From Helicobacteraceae bacterium (GTDB taxonomy: Bacteria; Campylobacterota; Campylobacteria; Campylobacterales; Helicobacteraceae), in assembly GCA_017508245.1 (NCBI GenBank), contig JAFVZI010000014.1, positions 221,889 to 285,888 of the forward strand: a stretch of DNA of 64,000 nt, given 5' to 3'. A model generated the notes under the pieces. The model did not search any database, had not been told where the DNA came from, and saw only the letters and a program-made list of their open reading frames with translations. Made by a program: the position numbers and the translations under genes. Positions within the stretch are counted from its first letter, which is position 1, and each line of letters opens with the position of its first letter. Shown piece after piece: positions 43,828 through 54,945 of the stretch.

Positions 43828-45101
43828 ATGATGTTTATAGTAATATAAAAAGACAAAAAACAAATAAATCAAAATTGATATTTATTGCTATTGCAGTGAT
43901 TGCGATAATTGTGATTTTTATATTTGTTTGGCTTAGGTTAAATAAAAAAGAGGAGGTTTATATAACACAAACCCCGGTTTTGCAAGACATTTCACAAGAT
44001 GTGAGTGCAACAGGGACATTATCACCAACAGACACAGTCGAAGTGGGTAGCCAAATCTCTGGGATATTATTAGAAGTATTAGTAGATGTAAATGATGAAG
44101 TAAAAAAAGGGCAGACAATAGCCATAATAGACCCAGAAAAATTAAATCAATCAGTAGATAATTTTGTAGCACAACTACAATCTGCTAAAGCGGAATTATA
44201 TAGTGCGGAAGTGCAATTAGAAAACAAACAATGGAATTATGAAAACTACTTGAATCTTTATGAAAAAACAAATGGAAAATCGCCATCTCAAATGCAATTA
44301 AAAACTTCGGAATTGGAATATAAAAATGCAAAAGCAGATATCGAGATTAGGAAAGCGGCAATAGCACAAATTGAAACATCGCTAAAATCCGCGAGAATTG
44401 ACGTAAAAAACTCAATTATTACAAGCCCTACAAATGGCATTGTTTTATCGAGAAGTATTGATCCCGGACAAACCGTGGCAGCCAGCTTTTCTGCACCTAC
44501 GCTTTTTGTTATTGCAAAAGATTTAAAAGAAATGAAGCTAATTTCAAATGTGCTAGAAGCTGATATTGGAAAGGTAAAAGTGGGACAAGATGTAATCTTT
44601 AGCGTGGATTCGTATCCAAATGAAGAGTTTAATGCAAAAATAGCAAAAGTAAATTATGCGGATTCATCTTCTACATCAAGTAGTTCGTCATCTAGCTCTA
44701 GTGGAACTTCATCTAGCTCTACAAATATAGTAAGCTACGAAGTAACAACATATATTAAAAATGATAAATTATTACTTCGTCCCGGAATGAGTGCTACTGC
44801 GACAATAAAAACAGAAGTTCAAAAAAATGCTTTAGTAGTGCCGTATCAAGCATTATTATTTCAACCAAACAATAATTCTGTGAAAAAAAATAGTGGTGGT
44901 TTTATAATGGGCGGACCTCCAAAGAAGGAAAGAAAATCATATTCACAACTTGGCTCAATTGAAAAGATTTGGATTTTAGAAAATGGAATCCCAAAAGAAA
45001 TTGAAGTAGAGATTGGAATCTCAAATGGTAAAAATGTCCAGATAATATCAAACAATATAGATACAAATACACAAGTTATATTGCAAGTTCAAACAAAGTA
45101 A
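43824..45101 (+). CDS. macA: MacA-like periplasmic adaptor (membrane fusion protein)
   Basis: N-terminal TM, VEVGSQISG, GQTVAASFSAPTLF, EADIG, LRPGMSA. Confidence 0.85.
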   Translation: MNDVYSNIKRQKTNKSKLIFIAIAVIAIIVIFIFVWLRLNKKEEVYITQTPVLQDISQDVSATGTLSPTDTVEVGSQISGILLEVLVDVNDEVKKGQTIAIIDPEKLNQSVDNFVAQLQSAKAELYSAEVQLENKQWNYENYLNLYEKTNGKSPSQMQLKTSELEYKNAKADIEIRKAAIAQIETSLKSARIDVKNSIITSPTNGIVLSRSIDPGQTVAASFSAPTLFVIAKDLKEMKLISNVLEADIGKVKVGQDVIFSVDSYPNEEFNAKIAKVNYADSSSTSSSSSSSSSGTSSSSTNIVSYEVTTYIKNDKLLLRPGMSATATIKTEVQKNALVVPYQALLFQPNNNSVKKNSGGFIMGGPPKKERKSYSQLGSIEKIWILENGIPKEIEVEIGISNGKNVQIISNNIDTNTQVILQVQTK

Positions 45102-45108
45102 AGATAAG

Positions 45109-45792
45109 ATGTTTATTGAATTATCAAATATTACAAAATACTATGGTGAAGGAAGTAGCACTTTTCAAGCACTAAAGGGCGTGAATCTAAGCATAAATCA
45201 AGGTGATTTTATAGCACTTATGGGTCCCAGTGGCTCTGGAAAAAGCACTATGTCAAATATACTTGGCTGTCTTGATGTAGCAACAAGTGGAAAATATATA
45301 TTTAGTGATGTTGATGTATTTAGCTTAAATATAAATGAAAGAGCGATGCTTAGAAGATTCTACATTGGTTTTATATTTCAAGGTTTTAATCTACTTCCAA
45401 GAACTACTGCATTAGAAAATGTAGAATTACCACTATTATATCGTGGCATACAAAAAGCAAAAAGAAAAAAAGCTGCATTAGAGGCATTAGAAATGGTTGG
45501 ACTAAATGGCTTTGAAAATAACACACCAAATAAGCTAAGTGGAGGACAACAACAAAGAGTTGCCATTGCAAGAGCGATTGCTAGCAAACCTTTATTTTTA
45601 CTTGCAGATGAACCAACGGGGAATCTTGATACAAAACGAAGTATAGAGATTATGAATATTTTAAAGTGGCTGAATACGGATTTAAAAATCACCATATTGA
45701 TGGTAACACACGAAAGCGAAATGGCTAGTTTTGCAAATAGAGAAATACATTTTTTAGATGGCAATATTGATTATACAAAAGGAAGACATTAA
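45109..45792 (+). CDS. MacB/LolD-type ABC ATPase (split MacB)
   Basis: GPSGSGKST, LSGGQQQRVAIARA, ADEPTGNLD. Confidence 0.95.
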   Translation: MFIELSNITKYYGEGSSTFQALKGVNLSINQGDFIALMGPSGSGKSTMSNILGCLDVATSGKYIFSDVDVFSLNINERAMLRRFYIGFIFQGFNLLPRTTALENVELPLLYRGIQKAKRKKAALEALEMVGLNGFENNTPNKLSGGQQQRVAIARAIASKPLFLLADEPTGNLDTKRSIEIMNILKWLNTDLKITILMVTHESEMASFANREIHFLDGNIDYTKGRH

Positions 45793-47021
45793 TGGTCTTT
45801 AATGCTTTTTTACTGGCTTTTAGGCAAATTAGAAGGAATCTACTTAGAGCATTTTTGACAATGCTAGGGATTATTATCGGGACAGGAAGTGTTATTGTAA
45901 TGATTAGCCTAGGAAATGGCACAACACAACAAATAAAAGATAATATATCGAGTCTTGGAAGCAATATATTAATGATTATACCCTCAAGAGGACTTGATAC
46001 ATCTGGACAAAGTCTAAGAAGATATTTTAATCAACAAGAAGTAGATTTAATAAGAGATAGGGTATATGGTATAAGAGCATTATCGCCTATGGGCGAAGGA
46101 AGTGCTTTGATACAATACAAACAAAATTCTAAAGAAACAGAAACATATGGTGTTATAGGTGATTATTTTATCGCTGGAAATTGGGATATGGCAGAAGGTA
46201 GAGAATTTAGAGATGATGAATATAAAAGTGGTGCAAATGTATGCATCATCGGAGATAGTGTAAAAAATGCCTTATTTAAAAACGATGAACCACTTGGAGC
46301 AAAAATTAAAGTGGGAAATAAAGAAGGAAGTATTATTTGTGAATGCGTTGGGGTGCTGGCTGCAAAAGGACAGGGTGCTATGGGCAATGACCAAGATGAT
46401 GTGATTGTTTTTCCACTAAAATCATATCTTAGAACACTAGGGCGAGCAAAAACCTCTATCAATAATATCAATAGAATCACCATATCTCTTGAAGATGGCA
46501 TAGATTCTAAGCAAAAAACACAAGAAATACGACAAGTGCTAAATGAAATAAGAAATATAAATGATTCAAAGAGTAGTAATTTTGAAATAAGAGATACGAA
46601 ACAAATCGAAGAAACTCTAGCAGACACAACAAGAATGCTGACGCTATTTCTTGGAGCGATTGCCGGAGTAAGCCTAATAGTTGGCGGAATTGGCATTATG
46701 AATATTATGCTTGTATCTGTAACAGAGAGGACGAAAGAGATAGGCACTAGACTTGCAATAGGTGCATTAGAGAGTGAAGTATTACTACAATTCTTAATAG
46801 AGGCCATTGTAATTAGCTCATGCGGTGGATTGATTGGTATAATACTATCTTTTGTTATTTCATTTGCACTTGCAAATGCTTTTGAATTGCCATTTGTATA
46901 TAGCATCCCTGTTGCAGTCATCGCACTTTTATTTTCCGCTTTTATTGGAATCTTATTTGGATACTTGCCTGCAAGAAGAGCATCTAAATTAAATCCAATA
47001 GATGCTCTAAGGCACGAATAG
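45792..47021 (+). CDS. MacB/FtsX-type ABC permease
   Basis: LTMLGIIIG, GGIGIMNIMLVSVTERTKEIG, PARRASKLNPIDALRHE. Confidence 0.95.
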   Translation: MVFNAFLLAFRQIRRNLLRAFLTMLGIIIGTGSVIVMISLGNGTTQQIKDNISSLGSNILMIIPSRGLDTSGQSLRRYFNQQEVDLIRDRVYGIRALSPMGEGSALIQYKQNSKETETYGVIGDYFIAGNWDMAEGREFRDDEYKSGANVCIIGDSVKNALFKNDEPLGAKIKVGNKEGSIICECVGVLAAKGQGAMGNDQDDVIVFPLKSYLRTLGRAKTSINNINRITISLEDGIDSKQKTQEIRQVLNEIRNINDSKSSNFEIRDTKQIEETLADTTRMLTLFLGAIAGVSLIVGGIGIMNIMLVSVTERTKEIGTRLAIGALESEVLLQFLIEAIVISSCGGLIGIILSFVISFALANAFELPFVYSIPVAVIALLFSAFIGILFGYLPARRASKLNPIDALRHE

Positions 47022-47022
47022 T

Positions 47023-47399
47023 TTAGTTACATTTATAAACTAACCCTATTATGCTAGATTTATTTATCGATGTAGTAGATAAAATCTAGTATCATAACCC
47101 CACCATCACTAGAAATATATGACGCATTTTGCTGTGATTTGATAAGAAATGGATTATATCGCCACCTAGTTTATAAGCTTCATTTTTAGCACTATTAATC
47201 GCACTTTGTGCAACTTCAGATTCTAACGAAAAGCTAGATTGATAGCCATATACTTCGCCTAGATATTTGCAATTACTTGGCTCATTTGTAACAACTTTTA
47301 TTAATCTTGCTTCTGGATTAAGTGAAATTACACCTTGAGTACAACCCACAAACAATAAAGATATTAAAAATAAAGATATGTATTTCTTAGACTAATCAC
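47023..47399 (-). pseudogene. Disrupted DUF4156-like lipoprotein
   Basis: Signal KKYISLFLISLLFVGC has no in-frame start; core PSNCKYLGEV..AKNEAYKLGGD; family-like tail SIIGLVYKCN* lies beyond in-frame TGA and TAG. Confidence 0.7.
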
Positions 47400-47643
47400 C
47401 TTGGGATAATTTTTGAAACTTACATTTTAGCTCATCGATACTCTCAGCATTATCAGGGTCTGAAACTATTGCATCTACAGGACACACACTAATACAAGCA
47501 GGCTCATCATAATATCCAACACATTCGGTGCATCTATCTGGGTCAATTAAGTATATTGGATCATTTTCATCAATAGCTTCATTAGGACATTCTTCTCTAC
47601 ACGCATCACAAGCTATACATTCATCATTTATCATTAAAGACAT
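47392..47643 (-). CDS. YfhL-family 2[4Fe-4S] ferredoxin
   Basis: CIACDACREECP, CTECVG..PACISVCP. Confidence 0.93.
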   Translation of the reverse strand: MSLMINDECIACDACREECPNEAIDENDPIYLIDPDRCTECVGYYDEPACISVCPVDAIVSDPDNAESIDELKCKFQKLSQGD

Positions 47644-47729
47644 AAATGGTCATCTCCTTTTAAAGTTTATAAGTTGGATTTTTAGCATAAAAATTAAAAA
47701 ATTACTAAAAATAATATTAATTTTATAGG

Positions 47730-48326
47730 CTAGTCCTCTAAATACATAGCAATTTTATTAGCAGCAATATTTGTTTTCAAGCTATCAATCATAATAAAAT
47801 CAATGCTTGACAAAATATCACCAGACACATCAATGCTAGAATCTAAAATCACTCTAAGCCCCAAATGAGTAGCAAAACTACATAATATTTCAAGTGATTT
47901 AGAATCCAATATTGCACAATCTAAGACAATCATATCGGCACCATAAATGGCAGATTCTAAGATTTGATATTTTGAGATGATAATATCTTTGTGGATGATT
48001 AAAAATGGACTATATCGCCTGAGTGTGGCAATCAAAGAAATGTCTTTGAATAATGTCGTATCTGCGATGATTAAACCTAGATTATCATGTAAATGAGAAA
48101 TACCAGATTCATCTTTAATGCATTTTAACTTTATGGTATTACCTTGAATAAATGGTGAAAAATCAAAGTCAAATGCACGTGGTAGATAGGGATTTAGCGA
48201 TAAGCTCCTACCAAGCAAATCAAAAGGAAACTCCTCATTTCTTTTTTCTACATTGATTTTTGTTTTTTCTATCAAGCCCTCATATTTACTTTTTTTAGAA
48301 AAAATACCAGATACTATTCCAAACAC
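47730..48326 (-). CDS. Degenerate indole-3-glycerol-phosphate-synthase-like protein
   Basis: LRRY..IIHKDIIISKYQILESAIYGADMIVL matches the TrpC core; short, start uncertain. Confidence 0.7.
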   Translation of the reverse strand: MFGIVSGIFSKKSKYEGLIEKTKINVEKRNEEFPFDLLGRSLSLNPYLPRAFDFDFSPFIQGNTIKLKCIKDESGISHLHDNLGLIIADTTLFKDISLIATLRRYSPFLIIHKDIIISKYQILESAIYGADMIVLDCAILDSKSLEILCSFATHLGLRVILDSSIDVSGDILSSIDFIMIDSLKTNIAANKIAMYLED

Positions 48327-49546
48327 TTTCTTATATGCTCCAAATGCTCATTTATTTCTTTTTCATTCTCAAGAGTTTCTTGTTTTATTTTATTCATTAT
48401 TTCCAAAGCTTTATTGCATTTACCCAATTTATAATAACCCCACGCAAGAGAATCCAAATATGCAGGATTGTCTGGCTCTTGTTTTAGGGCATTTTCCACA
48501 TATTTTATACCTTCGTTTATATCTATATCATAATCAATCAATAAATATCCGAGATAGTTAGCAAATGTAGAGCTATCGTTATCTTTTATGGCAATTTTAA
48601 AATTTTCAATCACGTTATCTAACACAGATTCTTTATCTTGTGCTTCTTCAAAATCAATAATAGCCATCACACCATAATAATAACTATCATCTTTTTTGTC
48701 CATTAGTTGCTTCAATATAGCTCTAGCATTTTTATAATCTTTCATAAGTAAATATCTATCAACGAGAGGCTCTAAATCAAGCTCATATTCATTTGCTAAA
48801 GATAATGCAGAATCTAAATTGCCATCAATTATATAGATTCTAAATAAATTATTGGCATTAGTTTTATTTGGATATTTTTCATAGTAGGTGGTAAATAAAG
48901 ATTCTATATCTCCTAAACTTTGATTATTAAAAGATAGCTGTGTTATAACTTGAGCAAAATCATTGTCTATTGTTTCTTTGAAGTAGTCTTTTATAAGAGG
49001 CACGCTATGGGCAAAATCGTTCAAAGATATATCAACAGAAGTGATAAATAAAAGTGTATGAGAATCTTTTTCTATCTCATATGATTGCATTAGATATTTT
49101 TGTGCGCTCTTATATTCTCTCTTTAGTGCATACAATCCACCCAAAGCCTTAAAGTTGATTTTATTTATAGAATCTCTATCTTCTAGTTTTATAATATCTT
49201 CATAAGCCAAAATTGCTTCATTAGTATTTCGTTGCATCATATATATGTTAGCAAGAATATATTTTATTTTTAGGTTTTTATTATCAATATTTTGATATTC
49301 TCTGCTGTATTGGAGTGCATTTTTCGTATCACCAATCATCATAGATAATCTTATTACTTCTTCTAAATATTCAAGTTTATTTGTAGAACTATAAAGCTCA
49401 TTATAGATTTCTATTGCACTTTTATAATCACCTACATCAATGAGAGATAAAGCTTCAATAATCTTATCATCTTCGAGATTCTGCCCATAAACAAATACAA
49501 AACAACAAAACAATAATGATATTATTTTTTCAAAACACCTATGCAT
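48314..49546 (-). CDS. Periplasmic TPR-repeat protein
   Basis: Signal peptide; NYLGYLLID, YLDSLAWGYYKLG TPR motifs. Confidence 0.88.
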   Translation of the reverse strand: MHRCFEKIISLLFCCFVFVYGQNLEDDKIIEALSLIDVGDYKSAIEIYNELYSSTNKLEYLEEVIRLSMMIGDTKNALQYSREYQNIDNKNLKIKYILANIYMMQRNTNEAILAYEDIIKLEDRDSINKINFKALGGLYALKREYKSAQKYLMQSYEIEKDSHTLLFITSVDISLNDFAHSVPLIKDYFKETIDNDFAQVITQLSFNNQSLGDIESLFTTYYEKYPNKTNANNLFRIYIIDGNLDSALSLANEYELDLEPLVDRYLLMKDYKNARAILKQLMDKKDDSYYYGVMAIIDFEEAQDKESVLDNVIENFKIAIKDNDSSTFANYLGYLLIDYDIDINEGIKYVENALKQEPDNPAYLDSLAWGYYKLGKCNKALEIMNKIKQETLENEKEINEHLEHIRKCLE

Positions 49547-49881
49547 TCTCTAAAAGCTCCTTGTGGATTTTTCTTAAAAATATCCCAAAATGGAAAACTA
49601 GCACAATTCTTTGGTCTACATTCATAAATACTACATTGCCTATTAGAATCCAAAAAAATACAATCTGGATTATCTCCATTTTCTTTTAATGCGTATCTAG
49701 TGCCAACCTTACGCAAATACTGCATACCAAAATCTTCAAGGCTCATATTTAGATATTGTGCTATTTTTTGTGCTTCATAAATTTCTAAAAACACATATCC
49801 ATCACCAATGCAGCACTTTCCACCGCATTCTTTGCATTTACTCTCATCAAATACAAAATCAAAACCATCTTTTTGCATCAT
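49522..49881 (-). CDS. YkgJ-family CxxCxxCC cysteine-cluster protein
   Basis: CKECGGKCC, CIFL, CSIYECRPKNCASFPFW. Confidence 0.92.
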   Translation of the reverse strand: MMQKDGFDFVFDESKCKECGGKCCIGDGYVFLEIYEAQKIAQYLNMSLEDFGMQYLRKVGTRYALKENGDNPDCIFLDSNRQCSIYECRPKNCASFPFWDIFKKNPQGAFRECIGVLKK

Positions 49882-50609
49882 AGTATTTGCTCCAGATTTG
49901 ATATTTTAGTGCTAAAAGTATTACAAAGTCTAAAAATTTCTTTTGCTTCATTTGAATGTTCTTTGTCTATAAAATTATACAATGGAGCAAGAATCTTTGT
50001 TTGACTATTTGAAACCTTACATTTTATCATAACTAAATTTGCATTTTTGGATATTTTAGGATACACAAAAGCCATCTCATCTACATTAAAATTAGTATCA
50101 CTAATCGCACTAAAAACATTTTTTATTTCTTTTGCATCATAACAAAATATAAAAGTCCCATTTGGCTTTAAGATAGATTTCACAAACTTTAGCAATAAAT
50201 AAAGCGGAAGATTTTTACTCTGCCTTGCTAAAAAAAGAAATTTATTTTTAGAATCTATAATATCTTTTCTATAAAATGGCGGGTTTGAGATGATAAAATC
50301 AAATTTTTCTCCGCTAGTTTCTAAGCTAGATTCTAAAATATTGCCAAAAATCATATCACAAGCAATACCATTATTTTTTGCATTGATTAATGCGATTTTT
50401 GCCATCGTGTCGTCTATCTCATTTAAACTAAGCTTGATTTTAAAATCTCTAGCACACAAAAGCCCCAAGATTCCACAACCTGTGCCGATGTCAAGTAATT
50501 TTACGTTGTTTTTCAAAAATCTTTTTATAAAAGAATACAAAAATAAACTATCACTATTGTAGCAGTATCCATTTTCTAACTGGTATAAATCTAATCTTTT
50601 TGAATCCAT
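49878..50609 (-). CDS. tRNA1(Val) adenine-N6 methyltransferase-like SAM-dependent MTase
   Basis: YCYNSDSLFL, LDIGTGCG, ISNPPFY. Confidence 0.85.
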   Translation of the reverse strand: MDSKRLDLYQLENGYCYNSDSLFLYSFIKRFLKNNVKLLDIGTGCGILGLLCARDFKIKLSLNEIDDTMAKIALINAKNNGIACDMIFGNILESSLETSGEKFDFIISNPPFYRKDIIDSKNKFLFLARQSKNLPLYLLLKFVKSILKPNGTFIFCYDAKEIKNVFSAISDTNFNVDEMAFVYPKISKNANLVMIKCKVSNSQTKILAPLYNFIDKEHSNEAKEIFRLCNTFSTKISNLEQIL

Positions 50610-51592
50610 AATGCAATATCCCTACCAATACGCTGTGAATGCAGAATCCTGCCATCAAAAGTGCTAAAAAAATTCCTACCCTTTTGCATATTTGGAGCTA
50701 AAAATACAAGCAAGCAATCCATCTTATCTTTCATAAAATCAAAAAAATTCGCCCCACCTTCTATGATATTAAACCCACTTAGCGTAATTTTATCCATATT
50801 GTCTGTAAATACAACTTCCCTATTTGCTTTAAAGATATTTAGATTTTCATCCAACTTATTTTCCTTACCAATGACAATCACATTAGGAGATTTTCCGCCA
50901 ACAAGTCTAGAATCTAGCAGTGGGTTATCATCAAGGATTGTTTTTTGTGATATGATTATATTATTTGCGATTGAACGCATTTTGTGTGAATAAATCATAG
51001 AATCCTTGCTTGATATTACTCCATTTTCAAAGCTACCATTTAATCTTTGTGCGATTTTATAAAGTATAAATGATGATTTCTCACAAATACACAAAAATGG
51101 AAACAACAAATCTCTCCCTTTGTTTTCTAAGATTCCATATTGAACTTTTATACCGCTTGATTTTAGAATCTCTATTCCACCACTTGCAGATTTATTTATA
51201 TCTTTGTGAGATATTATGACCTCGCTGGGCTTTAAAACACTTAGCAATCTAGCACAAGACGGCGTTTTACCGCTATGAGCACAAGGCTCAAGTGTAACAA
51301 ATATCTTTGTATTATGAAAAAATCCATTATGATTTTTCATTAGATAATCACAAATTTCAAATGGATTTGTAATATCACTTATTTTTTTATCATCACTTAA
51401 TCTCATAAATGCAGCTTTTAGTGCGGCAAGCTCGGCGTGAGCACCACCAAAGACTTTATGATTTTCTAGAGCAATGATTGCATTATTAGAATCTAAAATC
51501 AAAGCTCCAACAGCTGGATTTGGTAAAGCCAGTGCTTGAGGTTCCCAAGCCTTTGATATGGCAATATCCATATAAAAATCATAATCTACCAA
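50591..51592 (-). CDS. ribD: Riboflavin biosynthesis deaminase/reductase
   Basis: PNPAVG, HAE, VTLEPCAHSGKTPSC, DNPLL, IIEGG. Confidence 0.93.
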   Translation of the reverse strand: MVDYDFYMDIAISKAWEPQALALPNPAVGALILDSNNAIIALENHKVFGGAHAELAALKAAFMRLSDDKKISDITNPFEICDYLMKNHNGFFHNTKIFVTLEPCAHSGKTPSCARLLSVLKPSEVIISHKDINKSASGGIEILKSSGIKVQYGILENKGRDLLFPFLCICEKSSFILYKIAQRLNGSFENGVISSKDSMIYSHKMRSIANNIIISQKTILDDNPLLDSRLVGGKSPNVIVIGKENKLDENLNIFKANREVVFTDNMDKITLSGFNIIEGGANFFDFMKDKMDCLLVFLAPNMQKGRNFFSTFDGRILHSQRIGRDIALWIQKD

Positions 51593-52014
51593 AGAAAAAC
51601 ACTCTTAGCTTTTTTTATATCACTATATTTATAATAAGCAGAATCCAGATAAAATCCTTCATCATCGCTCTTGCCTAAGATTCCAGTAATTTTTGTTTTA
51701 TCAAGAAGTTTTATTTCAATTTTATCTCCCATTGATAATTTAAAATGATTTGGGTTTTTTAAAATTCTCTCAATTCCCGGTGAACTGATTTCTAAAAAAT
51801 ATGCACTCTCAATTGGATTATAAACATCAACAAGTGGAGAGATTAAATCATTTATCTTTTGACAATCGCTATGATTTATGCCATTTTTAGAAGTGATGGA
51901 GATACGAAGAATGTGTGCATCATTTTCTCTTAATACTTCAACATCATATAAAAAATAACCATTTTTTTCTACAATCTTTGTAATTTGAGATTCTAATTCA
52001 CCATCTATCATCAC
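51586..52014 (-). CDS. rimP: Ribosome maturation factor
   Basis: LYDVE, DC, YFLEISSPGIER. Confidence 0.93.
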   Translation of the reverse strand: MMIDGELESQITKIVEKNGYFLYDVEVLRENDAHILRISITSKNGINHSDCQKINDLISPLVDVYNPIESAYFLEISSPGIERILKNPNHFKLSMGDKIEIKLLDKTKITGILGKSDDEGFYLDSAYYKYSDIKKAKSVFLW

Positions 52015-52360
52015 TATCCTTTTTTTGAATTTGCTTAAATATAGAATCCAATCTATTTAGGGTTTGCATTTCTTCATCAAATTCATAACTAAGATTTGGT
52101 GTCTTATACCAATCAAGCGAGCTTTGCAACTGCCCTCTAATAAAACTATTTGCTTTTTTTAGAAGCTTTAGAATCTCTTTTTGCTCGCATTTATCAATAC
52201 CAGTCGTATCAAAAAAAACTTTTGCATACTCCTTGCCACCCTTGCATTCTACCCTAGTGATACTTAGGCTATTTAGCCTAGTGTCATTTAGGCTAGATAA
52301 AGATTCTTGTAAGATTTCTTTCAGTAATGATTGTGTTTTTAATAATTTTATATTATTCAT
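51998..52360 (-). CDS. rbfA: Ribosome-binding factor A
   Basis: LNDTRL, AKVF, PNLSYEFD; follows infB. Confidence 0.92.
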   Translation of the reverse strand: MNNIKLLKTQSLLKEILQESLSSLNDTRLNSLSITRVECKGGKEYAKVFFDTTGIDKCEQKEILKLLKKANSFIRGQLQSSLDWYKTPNLSYEFDEEMQTLNRLDSIFKQIQKKDSDDRW

Positions 52361-54945
52361 ATTTGTTTTTGTTTTGCAATTTCTTTTATCACTTGCAAAC
52401 TATCACCAACTTTAATATCATTAAAAGAATCTATCATAATGCCGCATTCATAGCCCTTTGTTACTTCTTTTACATCATCTTTAAATCGCTTTAGTGATGA
52501 AATATTGCCTGTATGAACTAGCTTATCTTTCCTAAATAAATTTATTTTTGAATTTCTAGTAATGATACCATCAAGGACAAAACACCCAGCAATCACATTT
52601 CCTTTCCCTATGCTAAAAATATCACGCACTTCAAGGCTACCTATGATTTCTTCTTCTATGATTGGAGACATCATTTTTGAGATAATAAGCTTAACATCAT
52701 CTATTAAATCATAAATAACTGAATAGCTATTTATGCTTACTTGCTGCTCCTTTGCCTTTGATTTTAAGATTGACAGCGGTTTTACATTAAATCCTAGAAT
52801 ATAGCAATCACTAGAGCTTGCGGCAATATCTATATCACTCTCTGTGATATTTCCAACCGAAGAGCCAATGATGTTTATTTTTACCTCATCATTATTTAAT
52901 GCTTCTAATGAGACTTTTATAGCTTCTAGTGAGCCTTGTGTATCGGCTTTTAGTATGATTCTAAGAGGCTTTAATCTACCCTCTGCAACGACACTGCTTA
53001 ATTCATCAAATGACACTTTTGTGCTTTTTGATAATTCTTTTGTTCTTAAATATGATTTCCTCTTGTTTGCGTATTCTTTAGCAATAGAATCATTCTCAAC
53101 TCCAACCAAAATTGAGCCTGCACTAGGAACTTCATTTAGACCAACCAAAAGTGCGATTTCCGATGGATTTAATTCATTTGTATTTTGACCATTATCTTTT
53201 ATCAAAGCCCTAACTTTTCCATACGCAGTATCGGCAACAACGCTATCACCAACACACAACTTTCCTTCTTGGACAATGACTGTAACTACCGGACCTTTAC
53301 CCTTATCAAGACTTCCTTCCAAAACTACTGCTTTTGGTTTTGAAGCAATATTTGCTTTTAGCTCCATAATTTCTGCTTGAAGCAAAATCGTATCTAATAG
53401 ATTATCCACTCCTTCGCCTGTCTTTGCACTAACTGGAATAAAATCATACTCTCCACCCCAATCAGATGGATTATATCCTAGTTCTGCCATTTCGGCTTTT
53501 AACTTATCTGCATTTGCATCTTCTTTATCCATCTTATTCACAGCAATAATAATTTGCACATTAGAATCCTTTGCGTGAGCCAAAGCTTCTTTGGTTTGTT
53601 GTTTTACGCCATCATCTGCGGCAATTACAATAATTGCTATATCTGTTACTTGTGCTCCACGAGAACGCATACTAACAAATGCTTCGTGTCCCGGAGTGTC
53701 AATAAAAGTAATATTTTTTTTATTTTTATTTACCATATAAGCACCAATATGCTGTGTAATTCCGCCATCTTCTGTTTTTGTAACTCTTGAATTTCTAATA
53801 TAATCAAGCAATGATGTCTTACCGTGATCAACATGCCCCATAATAGTAACTACAGGCGATCTATCAATCAATTCTATATCATTCGTATCATCACTAAGAT
53901 ATTCCAATTCTTGTGTAGCTTTGGATAATTCTATATTCAAATTAAATTCGTGTGCCAGAAGCTCTATCGTAGTGGCATCTAAGAAATCATTTTTAGTCGC
54001 CATTTCACCCATTTTAAATAGCTTTGAGATAATATCTGTAACTCTTAGATTCACTTTATCTGCAAATTCATAGATTCTAATTTCATCAGGAATGCTTATG
54101 ACTCCCCTTGCAGCACTCATAGATGACACATTATTGTTGTTTGAATTATCTTTTCTATGATTTCTATTTTTGCTTTTTTGTCTTCCTCTGCCTATATTAT
54201 CCAAAAACCAAGGATTCGTACGTTGTATTCTAACTCTATCTGTAATCCTTTCTTCTTTTTCTTCATCATTTTTATTGTCTATTTGATTGATGTCAAACAT
54301 CATTACTTCTTCATCGTCATCATCAATCTTAGTATCACCTAGATTTCTATTAATATCAATTTTTTGCTCATTTCCTTTATGGCTTTGAATCTTTTTATGC
54401 TCTTTTAATTTCTTCTTTGGTTTTGTATCCGATTTTGGTATGTCTATTGGATGTAGTATATTATCTTTGGCTTCTTTTGCCTTTTCTATGTTTTCTAACA
54501 GCTTTTTTTGTGGAGTAGAATCTTTAGTGTCATTTTTAGACACGATTATTATTTTTCTAACTTCTGGACTCTTTGTAGAAGATTCTACTTTGGGCGTGTC
54601 TTCTTTTTTGATATGTTTTTTAGATTCTGTTTTTTTATTTATTTCTTGTGAAGACTCTTTTGTCTCTCCTTTTTGAATCCTGGACGTAGTCTTTTTTGTG
54701 GTTGTATTCTTAGTTGTAGTTTCTATCTTTGTTTGCTTTTTGGAATCCAAAGTAGGCACCATAGGCACTATACCTTGTGTTATATATGTATAAATTACTT
54801 CTGCTTTTTCTTGTTCGACACTACTATTGACGCTTTTTATCTCGATACCAATCTCATTTGCTTTAAGCAAGACATCTTTTGCCTTAATGCCTAATTCTCT
54901 TGCGATCTCTCCAACCTTTACTTTTGGTAATTGTTCTTTTGCCAT
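52357..54945 (-). CDS. infB: Translation initiation factor IF-2
   Basis: [33 protein letters not shown]. Confidence 0.99.
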   Translation of the reverse strand: MAKEQLPKVKVGEIARELGIKAKDVLLKANEIGIEIKSVNSSVEQEKAEVIYTYITQGIVPMVPTLDSKKQTKIETTTKNTTTKKTTSRIQKGETKESSQEINKKTESKKHIKKEDTPKVESSTKSPEVRKIIIVSKNDTKDSTPQKKLLENIEKAKEAKDNILHPIDIPKSDTKPKKKLKEHKKIQSHKGNEQKIDINRNLGDTKIDDDDEEVMMFDINQIDNKNDEEKEERITDRVRIQRTNPWFLDNIGRGRQKSKNRNHRKDNSNNNNVSSMSAARGVISIPDEIRIYEFADKVNLRVTDIISKLFKMGEMATKNDFLDATTIELLAHEFNLNIELSKATQELEYLSDDTNDIELIDRSPVVTIMGHVDHGKTSLLDYIRNSRVTKTEDGGITQHIGAYMVNKNKKNITFIDTPGHEAFVSMRSRGAQVTDIAIIVIAADDGVKQQTKEALAHAKDSNVQIIIAVNKMDKEDANADKLKAEMAELGYNPSDWGGEYDFIPVSAKTGEGVDNLLDTILLQAEIMELKANIASKPKAVVLEGSLDKGKGPVVTVIVQEGKLCVGDSVVADTAYGKVRALIKDNGQNTNELNPSEIALLVGLNEVPSAGSILVGVENDSIAKEYANKRKSYLRTKELSKSTKVSFDELSSVVAEGRLKPLRIILKADTQGSLEAIKVSLEALNNDEVKINIIGSSVGNITESDIDIAASSSDCYILGFNVKPLSILKSKAKEQQVSINSYSVIYDLIDDVKLIISKMMSPIIEEEIIGSLEVRDIFSIGKGNVIAGCFVLDGIITRNSKINLFRKDKLVHTGNISSLKRFKDDVKEVTKGYECGIMIDSFNDIKVGDSLQVIKEIAKQKQI

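Noticed and set aside
46163-46921. 252-aa antisense ORF over the MacB permease, and the many other short antisense ORFs in the track
   Set aside because: Shadow frames of well-supported genes; Ser/Phe/Leu/Ile-rich, no motifs recognised
47086-47394. Selenocysteine/amber readthrough joining the ferredoxin and lipoprotein frames
   Set aside because: Would need three stops (TAG, TGA, TAG) read through, would bury a signal peptide internally, and no SECIS-like hairpin is evident; frameshift decay is simpler
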